The notes under the pieces were generated by a model. The model made no database searches. It saw only the letters and a program-made list of their open reading frames with translations, and was not told where the DNA came from. From positions 1-64,000 of the IMG/VR virus record IMGVR_UViG_3300042340_000394: DNA of 64,000 nt, one strand, 5' to 3'. Both the position numbers and the translations under genes were made by a program. Position 1 is the first letter of the stretch. The number at the start of each line of letters is the position of its first letter. This document shows, piece after piece, positions 37,212 to 47,319 of this stretch. The stretch comes from a virus. Lineage: Duplodnaviria > Caudoviricetes.

Positions 37212-37735
37212 GCCGCGACGACCTTCGCGTGCGTGAGCCCGTGCTCGATCGCCACCGCGGCGGTCATGCGGGCGCCGTTGAGCAGCGACGCGGGGAGCGT
37301 GCTCGGGGCGATCGGTTCGCCGGGGTGGAACGTGAACACGATCTCGTGCCCCTCGTCGGTGCCGAGGATGATAACCGCGAAGTCGACCGGCGTGGTGGCG
37401 GCGCCGGGAACGGTCGCCTCGACGTAGCCGGTGCGCTTCGCGTCGGCGAGCACGACCGTCGTGTCGGCGGGGAGCGACGCGAGCGCCACGATGCCCACGC
37501 GGCCCGCCATCGGAGCGCGGAACGCGGCGCAGCCCGCCATGATAGCGGGGTGCTCGTACGCCTCCCACGCGGCCGACTGGAGGGCGTGCAGAAGGGCGGC
37601 GGGGTCGCTGTAGTCGGCGAACACCGACCCGCAGGCGTCGGCGCCGCGGCACCGCTGCGCGAGGCAACGGGCGAGGTAGTCGGCGGGGGTGGCGAGGAGG
37701 GCGGCGGCGATGCGCGAGGCAGTCGAGGTGTGCAT
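37208..37735 (-). CDS. Hypothetical protein
   Basis: Class I promoter; VFTFHPGEP motif. Confidence 0.7.
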   Translation of the reverse strand: MHTSTASRIAAALLATPADYLARCLAQRCRGADACGSVFADYSDPAALLHALQSAAWEAYEHPAIMAGCAAFRAPMAGRVGIVALASLPADTTVVLADAKRTGYVEATVPGAATTPVDFAVIILGTDEGHEIVFTFHPGEPIAPSTLPASLLNGARMTAAVAIEHGLTHAKVVAA

Positions 37736-37838
37736 ACCGCTTATACGCTCGGGGGCGGCGAGTTCTGACACGGGGGCGGTGATTTGTTTTCGACGCGGTG
37801 GCGTAAAGAACTGCGGGGCGGCGGGCGTATGAGGGTGC

Positions 37839-38219
37839 ATGAACCCCGTAAACATCACCGTTTCCGACGTGAACGGCGTCGAGTCGCCGTACGAGTTCTG
37901 CTTCGCTGGCGGTCGCAAGGCCGTGGTTCCGCGCGAGGAACTCACCTCCGCGCTGGTAGCGCGCATCGACGCCGCGCTGGCGTTCGCGAAGTGGGAGGAG
38001 TACGCGGACGTGGGTGGCCCCGACGAGCCCGTGTTCGTCGAGCACTACGCGACGGTCTCGCTCGAAATGAGCGACGAAGAAGTGAGGTCGGTGTTCTCGC
38101 CGCCGCCGCCTCCGATCAGCGCGCAGCCCGCGACGTGCCGTGGCGAGATGATCTGCCGCGAGTTCTCGACGGGCGACGGCGACTGCTGCTGCGGGATGCG
38201 CTACCCCGGCGAGGGGTGA
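37839..38219 (+). CDS. Hypothetical protein
   Basis: Class I promoter at 37802-37838. Confidence 0.65.
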   Translation: MNPVNITVSDVNGVESPYEFCFAGGRKAVVPREELTSALVARIDAALAFAKWEEYADVGGPDEPVFVEHYATVSLEMSDEEVRSVFSPPPPPISAQPATCRGEMICREFSTGDGDCCCGMRYPGEG

Positions 38220-38257
38220 GCGTTGACGGGCGCGGCGCGGGCGTGTATTTGTGGCCC

Positions 38258-38686
38258 ATGCCCACCCGCAAGCGAACGTCCATCCACAATCCAAAGCGTC
38301 TCACGCTGGCAGAGCAGTGGGATGCCTACGACGCTGCCGTCGCGGAAACTTACCGCAGAAACATTATCCAAATGCAGTGGGTCGATCAGGGCGAGAAGTG
38401 GGCGCGTGAGTTCGTGTCGAGGCCGTATGCGGCGAAGATGATGAGCGCCCCGTCGTTCGACCCCGAAGAAGAAGCCACGGAGTGGTGGATCGAGGCAGCG
38501 ACGGAAGAAGAGGTAAAGGATAGCCTCGGATTTATGGGGGTGCAGGTCGGTTTCGCTGATGAACTGGAGCGTCTCACGGGCCGCAAGTTCTTGCGTTCCA
38601 GTACGTCACGCGAGCAGTGGAACATCCCGTTTCATGAGGTCCAGAAGATGTTCAAGCGACCGCGCGGGGCGAGGCCGAACTACTGA
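38258..38686 (+). CDS. Tagged hypothetical protein (RTSIHNP), paralog A
   Basis: LAEQWD, FDPEE and ELERLTG shared with the next gene. Confidence 0.8.
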   Translation: MPTRKRTSIHNPKRLTLAEQWDAYDAAVAETYRRNIIQMQWVDQGEKWAREFVSRPYAAKMMSAPSFDPEEEATEWWIEAATEEEVKDSLGFMGVQVGFADELERLTGRKFLRSSTSREQWNIPFHEVQKMFKRPRGARPNY

Positions 38687-38777
38687 GTCGGCACGCCTCG
38701 CGGGAACCTCTCGCACGTCGAGGGTGAGCGCGAAGTTGAGCCAGCGGCAGCATCCACCGCACACGAAGGAAACGTCA

Positions 38778-39221
38778 ATGCCCGCCAGCAAGCGTCGCTC
38801 GCTCCGCAACCCGCCGTCGAAACGTCCGTCGCTCGCGGAGCAGTGGGACGAGTACGACGCCATCGTGCACCGCATCTTCCACGAACACGGTCAAGAGTTG
38901 TGGTGGATCGACGAGGGCAAGGCGTGGGCGCAGCGGTTCGTGACGAACCCGGTGGCGATGGCCCGACTTGACCGTGGGAAGTTCGACCCGGAGGAGTACG
39001 CTGCGGACCGATGGACGGACACGGCGTCGGAGGCGGAGGCGCGCGACTCGATCGGACACATGGGCGCGATGATCGGGTTCACCACTGAACTGGAGCGCCT
39101 CACCGGGCACAAGTTCCACCGCTTCAACACCGCGGATGCCGCCGACTACATCAAGACGTGGAGCGTGCCGATGGCGCAGATCCAGAAGTCGGTCAAGAAG
39201 CCGCGCGGTCCGCGACCGTAA
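38778..39221 (+). CDS. Tagged hypothetical protein (RRSLRNPP), paralog B
   Basis: AAGGA ribosome-binding site; same motifs as paralog A. Confidence 0.8.
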   Translation: MPASKRRSLRNPPSKRPSLAEQWDEYDAIVHRIFHEHGQELWWIDEGKAWAQRFVTNPVAMARLDRGKFDPEEYAADRWTDTASEAEARDSIGHMGAMIGFTTELERLTGHKFHRFNTADAADYIKTWSVPMAQIQKSVKKPRGPRP

Positions 39222-39302
39222 CGTTCCGCGGCAAACGACGCCGAACGAGAACGTCGCGTTTTCCTCCCCATCGCGCCGCGCATGGTGTAACGTGAGGGCG
39301 CG

Positions 39303-40565
39303 ATGACCATTTTTCTCGACCACCACTCGACCACCCCTCCCTCCGAAGCCGTGATCGACGCCGTGGTGCGGGCGATGCGCGTCGCTGGCAACGCCTCGTC
39401 GTCGCACGAGGGTGGGAAGGCGGCGTCGAAGATCGTCGAGGATGCCCGCCGCTGCGTCGCCGAGACGATGGGCGGCGTCGATCCGGCAGACATCTACTTC
39501 ACTTCGGGCGCTACAGAATCGAACGGCATCGTACTCAGGTCAATCGTCGATGGCGAGAACGAGCGCGGGCGGCGCCCTCACATCGTCACTTCTGCGATCG
39601 AGCACAGCGCCATTCTCGTGCCCCTGCGTCAACTCGCGAAGCGCGGGCAATGCACGTTCACGGCAGTCCCCGTGGGCGCGTCGGGCATCGTGAACCCCGC
39701 CGACGTGGCCCGTGCGATCCGCCCCGACACGGTGCTCGTTTCCGTGATGGGCGCGCAGAATGAACTCGGCGGTATCCAGCCGATCGAAGAAATCGCAGCG
39801 GTCGCGCACGCTTACGGCGTGCCGATGCACTCCGATCTATGCCAGTCGTTCGGCAAGATTCCGCTGCGCGGCTTCGACTTCGCGAGCGCGAGCGCGCACA
39901 AGCTCAACGGACCTACCGGCGTGGGCTGCGTTCTGATTCCGCAACGTTTACTCGCGCGTATGTCGGTGCCTGCGCTCGGTGGCTCGCAGCAAAACGGCGT
40001 GCGCGGCGGCACGCTGAACCTGCACGGCATCGCCGGTTTCGGCGCCGCGTGCCGCGAAATGCGAACGTGGAACGTGGGGCCGCAGAACGTCGGCGGGCTC
40101 GCGGGTGAGGCGCTGCGACTCTGCCGCCTGCGCGACCTTATGCTCCGACTCCTGCGCGAGTCGCTCGGCGACGAAATCGTTCAGGTGAACGGCGCGATCG
40201 ACGCTCCGATCGGTTCGCCGCAAGCGACGAACGATCCGGCGCGACGACTGCGACTCCCGCACTCGCTCTCGGTTCGTCTCGTGGGCGTGTGCCCGATTTC
40301 GCTCGACGCCGCGGTGCGGAGCAAGATCGACGTGTCGGCGGCGGCGGCGTGCAAGTCGCTCGGCGGCGAGCGGAGTCACGTTCTCGAAGCGATGGGCATT
40401 CCCGACGATGGCGCGGTAGTTCGCATCGGCCTCGGCAAGTGCAACAACGAAGAGAACGTTCGCATGGCGGCGAAGGTGATTGCCGACGCGGCGATGCCGC
40501 TCGTGGGCGTAGGGTGCGACGTTCCCGCGGGCTGCGACGGCGGCGTGTGTCCGGCGCGGCGGTAG
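39303..40565 (+). CDS. iscS: Cysteine desulfurase (IscS/NifS family)
   Basis: FLDHHSTTP, FTSGATES, IEHSAI, SAHKLNGP (PLP lysine), SAAAACKS (catalytic Cys). Confidence 0.92.
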   Translation: MTIFLDHHSTTPPSEAVIDAVVRAMRVAGNASSSHEGGKAASKIVEDARRCVAETMGGVDPADIYFTSGATESNGIVLRSIVDGENERGRRPHIVTSAIEHSAILVPLRQLAKRGQCTFTAVPVGASGIVNPADVARAIRPDTVLVSVMGAQNELGGIQPIEEIAAVAHAYGVPMHSDLCQSFGKIPLRGFDFASASAHKLNGPTGVGCVLIPQRLLARMSVPALGGSQQNGVRGGTLNLHGIAGFGAACREMRTWNVGPQNVGGLAGEALRLCRLRDLMLRLLRESLGDEIVQVNGAIDAPIGSPQATNDPARRLRLPHSLSVRLVGVCPISLDAAVRSKIDVSAAAACKSLGGERSHVLEAMGIPDDGAVVRIGLGKCNNEENVRMAAKVIADAAMPLVGVGCDVPAGCDGGVCPARR

Positions 40566-40566
40566 G

Positions 40567-41022
40567 CTAGCGCGAGGAGCGACGGGCGCGGCGCGCGGGG
40601 GCGTCGGCCACCGCATCCTCGACGCTCTCGCCCATTTCCATAAGCCTTCGCGCGCACGCGAACGAGAAGGCGGTCTCCGCTTCGAGACCCTCCTGAATCC
40701 ACGCCTTGCCGATGTAGGCACGCTCCTCGGCGCTGCACCCACCGATCACGGCGCCGAAACACCGCTCGGTATGCAGGATCGCGATGGCCGTTGTCGCCGT
40801 CGAATAGGCGGTGAGAAGCGCCACGAGGGCGCCGCCCGCGGCGGGAACCTCGTCGAGCACGATGCCGGGGATCGCCTCACCGTAGATCCTCGCCACGTCC
40901 GCCCACTGGCGCTTGCCCGCGTCGACCGCTTGCCCCGCTCGGTACACGAAAACATGAAGCGGGTTCTCTCGCATGATGGCGACGAACTCGGGGTCGGGAG
41001 CGGTGCGGGCGGTGTTCTTCAT
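40567..41022 (-). CDS. Hypothetical protein
   Basis: Class I promoter. Confidence 0.65.
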   Translation of the reverse strand: MKNTARTAPDPEFVAIMRENPLHVFVYRAGQAVDAGKRQWADVARIYGEAIPGIVLDEVPAAGGALVALLTAYSTATTAIAILHTERCFGAVIGGCSAEERAYIGKAWIQEGLEAETAFSFACARRLMEMGESVEDAVADAPARRARRSSR

Positions 41023-41102
41023 GGTGAACCTTCTACGGCGGTGGCGACCCGATTCTTGCGCGGCCACACTGATTTCTCCTGCACGCACCGTGCGGCGGTA
41101 GG

Positions 41103-41330
41103 TTACCCGATCACCGCGTCGAGCGCGTCGACTCCGCTCTTGATCCGCGCCTCGATCGCACACACCGATGCGCCCTTGGTGGCGACGGTGAGTTCCGTGG
41201 CCTCGCACGGGTCGGCAACGTACTCCGCGATTGCGCTGCGGAGGCACCGACGCGCGGTTTCGAGTTGCGCGCGGAGCGTGCGGAGGTTCTGGCGAGCGGC
41301 TTCGAGTTGATTGCTGAATTGGTCTCGCAT
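41103..41330 (-). CDS. Small coiled-coil protein
   Basis: Class I promoter at 41331-41368. Confidence 0.6.
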   Translation of the reverse strand: MRDQFSNQLEAARQNLRTLRAQLETARRCLRSAIAEYVADPCEATELTVATKGASVCAIEARIKSGVDALDAVIG

Positions 41331-41470
41331 GGTCCCCCTTCTACGTCGCCAGCACGACGGACCTTACGCCGCGTCGCCGATTCCTCTCGCGCGCCGCGCA
41401 GCAAGCGGTGCGGCGGAAACCGACGGTGCGACGTAAGAACTCCGCGGCGCGAGGCGTAAGAGTGGGCACC

Positions 41471-41863
41471 ATGAACACGAACCCGATGGTTTCCGCAGTG
41501 TCCCGCTACGAAGATGCCGCCCGCGCCGCCGATGCCGCGCTCAACGCGATGTTCACGGCGTTCGGCATCGTCGGTCGCAAGGTCGTGTCCGTCGGTGGTG
41601 CGTACATCCCCGGCACCGAAGTCGGCGTGCGTGAGGCGAACGTCCTTCGCGGTCAACCGTGGAGCGTCCGCAAGGCCGACGGGTGCCTCGCCCGCCTGTA
41701 CGTCGGCGCGGGCGAAGCGGAGGTGTGCGTCGGCACCGTCGAGTCGGCGCGGTTGCGCGACGAGTTCGGGCACGTTGGCATCGTGGTCGACGTGACGCAG
41801 TGCATGGAGCACTGGAACGAGTTCGTGCTCGTGGTGCTCACGGGGATGCTTGAGCAGAAGTAG
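41471..41863 (+). CDS. Hypothetical protein
   Basis: Class I promoter at 41432-41470. Confidence 0.65.
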   Translation: MNTNPMVSAVSRYEDAARAADAALNAMFTAFGIVGRKVVSVGGAYIPGTEVGVREANVLRGQPWSVRKADGCLARLYVGAGEAEVCVGTVESARLRDEFGHVGIVVDVTQCMEHWNEFVLVVLTGMLEQK

Positions 41864-41948
41864 TCCGTCGCGAGAAGCGCGCCGTTCGCTATTGCAATCG
41901 CCCGCATAATCGGGCACCGTCGGCAGGGAACACTCGGAGAAAATCACA

Positions 41949-42539
41949 ATGGCAACCACACGCAAGTCCCCCAAGCGCGCCGCTGCTCGCAAGCCCGCCG
42001 CGAAGCGCCGCGCCGTGCGAAACCCCGTCGCCCGCGGCCTCGGCCCGGTCGATCGCGCGCTCAAGAAGATCGAGCGCGAAGTCGGCGAGTACGCCGGTTC
42101 CGACGCCGCGCAGAAGGCGATGGAGGCGCTCATCCTCGCCGTCCCGCTCAAGGGAAACATCGGCGAGTGGAAGAAGCAGATCAAGGACGCCATCATCGCC
42201 GATCGTGGCGAGAGCGACCGCAAGTACGTCACGGAGGCGATGCGCTCCGGCAAACCCGGTGTCTTCGTTCGGGCGACGAACCTCGTCGACTACTGGCAGT
42301 TCGAGGGCGACCTCATTCTGATCCACGGAGGCAAGTTCGGCGGCACCGAGAGCACGGGAGAAGTGGTCGTTCTCACGAAGGATCAACTCGTGCTCAGCAA
42401 GGCCGTCGCCGTGGACGGGAACATGGAGCACTACCCCGTCGAGAAGGCCGCGAAGGCGATCATCGAGGCGTACGGCTTCGGGAGTACCACGCGCGACCCG
42501 TGGTTCGAGGCGCCGAGCGCGCGCAACCGTCGGTACTGA
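41949..42539 (+). CDS. Tagged protein with an H1-like leader ending RRAVRNP
   Basis: MATTRKSPKRAAARKPAAKRRAVRNPV. Confidence 0.8.
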   Translation: MATTRKSPKRAAARKPAAKRRAVRNPVARGLGPVDRALKKIEREVGEYAGSDAAQKAMEALILAVPLKGNIGEWKKQIKDAIIADRGESDRKYVTEAMRSGKPGVFVRATNLVDYWQFEGDLILIHGGKFGGTESTGEVVVLTKDQLVLSKAVAVDGNMEHYPVEKAAKAIIEAYGFGSTTRDPWFEAPSARNRRY

Positions 42540-42562
42540 GAACGTCGAGCGAGAACACGAAC

Positions 42563-43186
42563 ATGGAAACCGAACGAGAGTACGCCGCGCGCGAGAAGCG
42601 CATGTTTCGTGCGCAGATCGCCGACACGGAGAAGCAGCCCCTCCGCGACCGTCAAGAGGCGCGCAGCGAGTTCCGCGAGGTGATGGCGCAGCACCCCGAT
42701 CGCGTCGCCGAACGCATCGCGTGGATTCTCGAAGGGAACTACGGCTTCGGGGCCTACACCGAGGCCCGCGAAGTGGTCGTGAACAAGCGCATGAACCGCG
42801 CTGCGTGGTTCGTGTCGATGGTCGGCGCGCTCGACCACTCGTGCCCGCCCGAGTTCACGATGGGCGCGTGGAAGACGCTCACCGCCGCGCAGAAGAAGAA
42901 CCTCGACGTCGCCGTGATGGCCGTGATCGAGGAGTACGCGAAGCAACTCGCCCCGGCGCGCAAGCCCGCCGCGAAGCGCAAGGCGTCGCGCAACGGCGCG
43001 AAGCGCGGCAAGATGATGAGCAAGGCCGAAGTGAACCGATCGTTCCGCGAGAACGTGCTCCCGCACCTTCGCCACACGGATCGCGTCTCGGTGCGTACGG
43101 CGTGGCTCGACTACACCGACGAACTGAACCGCGACGGTCGCATCTCGGATCACGCGCGGAACAACTGGGTCAATCCCTACCGCTGA
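42563..43186 (+). CDS. Two-module protein with an internal KRKASRNG tag
   Basis: PARKPAAKRKASRNG linker between modules. Confidence 0.75.
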   Translation: METEREYAAREKRMFRAQIADTEKQPLRDRQEARSEFREVMAQHPDRVAERIAWILEGNYGFGAYTEAREVVVNKRMNRAAWFVSMVGALDHSCPPEFTMGAWKTLTAAQKKNLDVAVMAVIEEYAKQLAPARKPAAKRKASRNGAKRGKMMSKAEVNRSFRENVLPHLRHTDRVSVRTAWLDYTDELNRDGRISDHARNNWVNPYR

Positions 43187-43574
43187 ATCCCGCCGCCCGT
43201 CGCTTCGTCACACGGAGCATGAACTGCACCCGCCGCCGTCTCCAGAAACACCGTCGCGCCGCCATCCGCACGCCCGCGTGGCGGAGCAACGGCACTTCGC
43301 ACGTTTTCCGCTGGTCCCGTGCGCTCGACCTGATCGAGTGCGCCGCGGTGCTCGACGGCGTGCGTGGCGAACCGCTGGCGCTCGGCGCGGGCGAACTCGC
43401 ATCGTTCGTCGGGCGCACCGCGGAGGCCACGGCGTGCCTCGCAGGGGCGCCGCCGTGGTTCGTCGCTGCGGTCGCCCGCCGCGCCGTGCGACTGCGCCTC
43501 GCGGACGAACTGGACGCCTTGCTGGCGTGGTGAAACGTTGCGACTGCGGGCGATCCCGTAGTACGGTGCCACGC

Positions 43575-44186
43575 ATGGCAACCACGAAAACAGAAGCCGC
43601 GCGCTACGTCGCGCGAGCGATCGGCGACGGCATCGTTCCCCTCACCGACGACGTGACCGTCGGCGCTGGCGACCTCACGGGCACGCGCCTGTTCGCCGTC
43701 TACGTCGATCGTGGGCGCAACAAGGGCCGCTACGACTTCTTGACGGTTCACGCCGCCGCGAGAGCGTTCGTCGATTTCGTCGGGGCCGACGAGGCGGTTG
43801 CCGCGGTCGATCGCGCCTACCTCCGCCGCGACGGCGAAGTGCCCGCCCGTGTGTCGGCGACGGCCCGCTACGACGACGTTCTCGCGCAGGCGGGCGTTCG
43901 CCCCGGCGCTCGCGTCGTGGTGGTGAAGGGCTCGCGCGGCATCGGGATCGACAAGGGCGTGACGCTCGCGATCGAGAACACGACGGTGTTGCCCGAGTCG
44001 AGCATGGCGGTCGCGGTGCGATTCATGGCGATGAACGGGAGCGCGTCGGGCCAGAAGCGGGTGCTGTACGCGCGCCACCCGAACCGACTCAGCGACGCCG
44101 ACGTGAGCCTCGCGAGCGGCAACGGCGCCGACAAGATCGTCGTGCGCGTGTCGCGCCCGTCGACTCGCAACGGTCGCTGCCGGTAG
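43575..44186 (+). CDS. Hypothetical protein with C-terminal STRNG
   Basis: TTGCGA...TACGGT-N7-ATG promoter. Confidence 0.7.
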   Translation: MATTKTEAARYVARAIGDGIVPLTDDVTVGAGDLTGTRLFAVYVDRGRNKGRYDFLTVHAAARAFVDFVGADEAVAAVDRAYLRRDGEVPARVSATARYDDVLAQAGVRPGARVVVVKGSRGIGIDKGVTLAIENTTVLPESSMAVAVRFMAMNGSASGQKRVLYARHPNRLSDADVSLASGNGADKIVVRVSRPSTRNGRCR

Positions 44187-44247
44187 CTCCGACGAGAAAA
44201 TCGACGCGGCGGTGATAGGTTCGGCGCCGACCCGACGTACAAGCGGC

Positions 44248-44490
44248 ATGAGCAGCAACGAAGTTTCGGTTCGCATTTTCGTCGAAGTAGTCAACGGCAC
44301 GATCGGCACCGGGCGGTACGAGTCGTACGGGCGCACTTCGACGGCGGTCCCGCCCGCCATCGGCGACTCCGTGGTGCTCGAAGACGGACTCAAGCGCCGC
44401 GTGGTCGACCGCGTGTGGTCGTGCCCCGATATCTTCCGGGGCGTCACGCTTTACCTCGACGACCCGCGCATCACGGAGCGGCACGCCTAG
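44248..44490 (+). CDS. Hypothetical protein
   Basis: Class I promoter variant. Confidence 0.6.
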   Translation: MSSNEVSVRIFVEVVNGTIGTGRYESYGRTSTAVPPAIGDSVVLEDGLKRRVVDRVWSCPDIFRGVTLYLDDPRITERHA

Positions 44491-44553
44491 CGGGAGCGAG
44501 AAATCGCCGCAGCGCCGCAAGAACACCCGCCCACCGCACGCAGAAGGCACACC

Positions 44554-44838
44554 ATGATCGACACGAAACCGTTTCTGTTCGACACGAGTAAAGACATCAA
44601 GAACCACACCGCGGTGAGTGTGTGGCTTCTCTCGGGCCGCAAGATCCGGGTGACCACTTCGCGGTGGGAGAACTTCGGCAACGAGCCCGACGACGTTAGC
44701 GCGAAAACCGAGCACTTCCACGACGGCCAGTGGCGCGAGGTGCTCCCGTGGCACCGCATCGAGGCCACGGGCGAGAACGAGACCCCCGCCGCGCACCTCG
44801 CCCTCGCAGCGCGCACGATCGAGTTTCTCGATGCGTGA
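44554..44838 (+). CDS. Hypothetical protein
   Basis: Class I promoter variant. Confidence 0.65.
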   Translation: MIDTKPFLFDTSKDIKNHTAVSVWLLSGRKIRVTTSRWENFGNEPDDVSAKTEHFHDGQWREVLPWHRIEATGENETPAAHLALAARTIEFLDA

Positions 44839-45115
44839 CGCGACCGACACCACCGACACCGCCACGCGCTACCGCATCACGATCGCGGGAGTGAGCGACG
44901 ACTACAAGGTCACCGCCGTGCTCGCGCTTCGCAAGCACTTCGGTCTCGGGTTGACCGATGCCCTCACGATGCTCCGCGAGGGCCGCGTCGGCGACTCGCG
45001 CATCGCGTTCCAGTTCTCGCGCGACGACGCCGAAGCGATGGCGCAGGCGCTCAACTCGATCTTCGCCGCTCACCGCGGCACCGGGCAACCGTTCCGCACC
45101 TCGGAGGCACCGTGA
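44831..45115 (+). CDS. Ribosomal L7/L12 C-terminal-domain-like protein
   Basis: KVTAVLALRKHFGLGLTDA...DAEAMAQAL. Confidence 0.55.
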   Translation: MRDATDTTDTATRYRITIAGVSDDYKVTAVLALRKHFGLGLTDALTMLREGRVGDSRIAFQFSRDDAEAMAQALNSIFAAHRGTGQPFRTSEAP

Positions 45116-45891
45116 GACACACGATCGACGTTCTCGCAGAACTCGCGAAACTCAACGCCGCCACGCACGCTGCCCGCAAGGAGTCGGAGCGCATCGAGGC
45201 CGTGCTCAACGCTACGGCGAGGAGCATCGCCGACGCTGCGCGCACGGGCAAGGCGATCGACCCGCAAGACCTTCGGCGCGCGAGCGAGTACGGTGCCGAG
45301 AAGGCTCGCAACGACCGCGTAGTCGCCGCAGCGAAGGCTCAGGACACCGCGCGTCGGGCGCCGCTCGTTCGCGAACTGCGCGGCGTGACGGACGACCCCG
45401 CGAGCACGTACGCTGCGATCGTTGCGACGCTCACGGAACGGTACGGCGCCCCGAGCGCCGAGCCGTACCTCTCGGGCAAGGACCGCTGCGGGTGGGAGGT
45501 TCTCACGCATACGACGAAGGCGCCGCGGTGGCGCATCGGTCGCGCGACGTTCATCGTGTCGATCGACGAGCGCGGTGTGGGCGTGTACGCGACAGGCGAC
45601 CACGATCACTTCGGCCCGACCCGAAGCGTGAGGTTCATCGTTCGCCCGAACGCTGAACTGGCGCGTCGCATCGTCACTGGCGAAGTCTCGTTCTCGTCCG
45701 TCGCATCGGTGGGCGAAGTGCAGATGCGTTACGGCTACTGCGCGCCATTGCTCGCGCCCGTCGCCGTTGCGCTCGACGTGATCGATCACTGCGTCCGGTA
45801 CTCCCGCAACGAAGAGTGCGCGTTCCTCGATGCGCAGGCCATCGCAGATTTCGCTGAATACAGGCGCCGCTACAACGTCGGATGGGGATGA
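45112..45891 (+). CDS. Hypothetical protein
   Basis: Coupled ORF. Confidence 0.6.
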   Translation: MRHTIDVLAELAKLNAATHAARKESERIEAVLNATARSIADAARTGKAIDPQDLRRASEYGAEKARNDRVVAAAKAQDTARRAPLVRELRGVTDDPASTYAAIVATLTERYGAPSAEPYLSGKDRCGWEVLTHTTKAPRWRIGRATFIVSIDERGVGVYATGDHDHFGPTRSVRFIVRPNAELARRIVTGEVSFSSVASVGEVQMRYGYCAPLLAPVAVALDVIDHCVRYSRNEECAFLDAQAIADFAEYRRRYNVGWG

Positions 45892-46352
45892 TCCCCACCG
45901 TCACACAACTCCTCGCGCTCGCCCCCGACGGCAACGTCACCCTCCGGGTGGTGAGGCGCGAGCACGTCGGCCCCTCGCCGCACGTCGAGGTGACCGCCGA
46001 GGTGGTCTCCGTGAAGCGCGGCATCGTCGTGTGGCGCGACGACGACGGGCGCACGATCACGCCGCGTGACTCGTGGCTGTTCGAGACGCTCCGCGGTGCC
46101 CCCGTCGGGACTCCCGCCGCCACGGTCGCGGAGAAGGCCCGCGAGGCGCGGGAGAGCGCCACCGTCGGGCCGTTCGTGATCGAGTCGAGCCTCACGTCGC
46201 GCAAGGTGACGCTGCGCCACGCACACGGCGGGCTCGTGCCGACGGGCGACGGGCGCACCGAAACGGAGGTGTCGTTCGCGGACTTCACCGCAGCGCGAGA
46301 GCACGCGAAGGCTTGCCTCGACGCGCTCCTCGCGGGGCGGGTGCATCCGTGA
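45888..46352 (+). CDS. Hypothetical protein
   Basis: ATGA coupling. Confidence 0.55.
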   Translation: MIPTVTQLLALAPDGNVTLRVVRREHVGPSPHVEVTAEVVSVKRGIVVWRDDDGRTITPRDSWLFETLRGAPVGTPAATVAEKAREARESATVGPFVIESSLTSRKVTLRHAHGGLVPTGDGRTETEVSFADFTAAREHAKACLDALLAGRVHP

Positions 46353-46506
46353 TCGTTGTCTCGCTCGAACGTGCGGCGACGAAGTGCCTCTACGCGATCG
46401 ACGGCGCGTTCTTCGCGCTGGCAGCGTCGCGTCTCGACCCGATGGCCTTGTGCTGTTTTCTTCTCACCACCGCCGTGCTAATCGGCATCGAAAACGAGGA
46501 ATCGTA

Positions 46507-47008
46507 ATGCGTCACGTTCTCACAGCACTCGCGACCGCCGACGCGCTCGGCAAGCCCTTCGAGCAATCGCGCGACGACCGCGCCCGCTACTCGTGGTGCC
46601 ACGACCCCGACAACACGTTTCTCGCGTGCGACGACGGCGGGCGCCAGTTCGGCCTCGGACCCGACGGCGAGAAGGCGGGGGCGTTCACGGACGACACGCA
46701 GATGGCGGTCGCCCTCGCGCAGTCGCTCCTCGCGTGCGGCGGCTTCGATGCCGAACACGCGCGAGGTGAGTACACCGAGTGGTATCGCGGCGCGGGCTTC
46801 GGCGGGCGCGCTCGCGGAACGGGCGGCACGATCCGCACTGCGCTCGAAACGGGTGCCCCCGTCGACCTTCGCGCGGGAGGCCAGTACGTCGGCAACGGCG
46901 CGGCGATGCGTGAAAAGACAAAAAACGAGACATTGCTGGATGGAATCGCGCTATAGTGTCGCGAGACATGCACCACGACGCTCCTATTCGCGTCGCTCCC
47001 ATCGGCGT
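46507..47008 (+). pseudogene. ADP-ribosylglycohydrolase (DraG/ARH family), disrupted
   Basis: ADALGKPFE, FTDDTQM and GNGAAMR, then an 80-bp insertion, then RVAPIGV, then the IscB element. Confidence 0.85.
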
Positions 47009-47319
47009 GTAATCGACCTCCGCCTTCGGGCGGAGGCTTTCTAAGGAGACTGAGAAAGCCCATGTTTACCAGTGTTAGCGAGGGTAGGGTTGGCAACCCG
47101 TTCGAGCCTCGCTACGTCGATCGGAACGCTTGCCTCGGGCAACGTACGGATGCTTCCTCAGTCCGTACCCACTTGCAGTGCGTGCAGTAGTCACGTCGGG
47201 TCAGACAGAAACGGGTACGCACATGGGCGACGATCGACATTCACGAGGGGAGCGAACCGCGGTGCCTCGCGGTTCCGTCACGACAAGGCCGCAAGGCCCC
47301 AACTGAGGCGGTAACGCCA
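47009..47319 (+). ncRNA. omegaRNA scaffold, copy 2
   Basis: Near-identical to 34465-34777. Confidence 0.85.

Noticed and set aside
39303-40565. Dnd/Ssp phosphorothioation system
   Set aside because: Only the desulfurase is present; no dndBCDE or ssp genes were recognised nearby.
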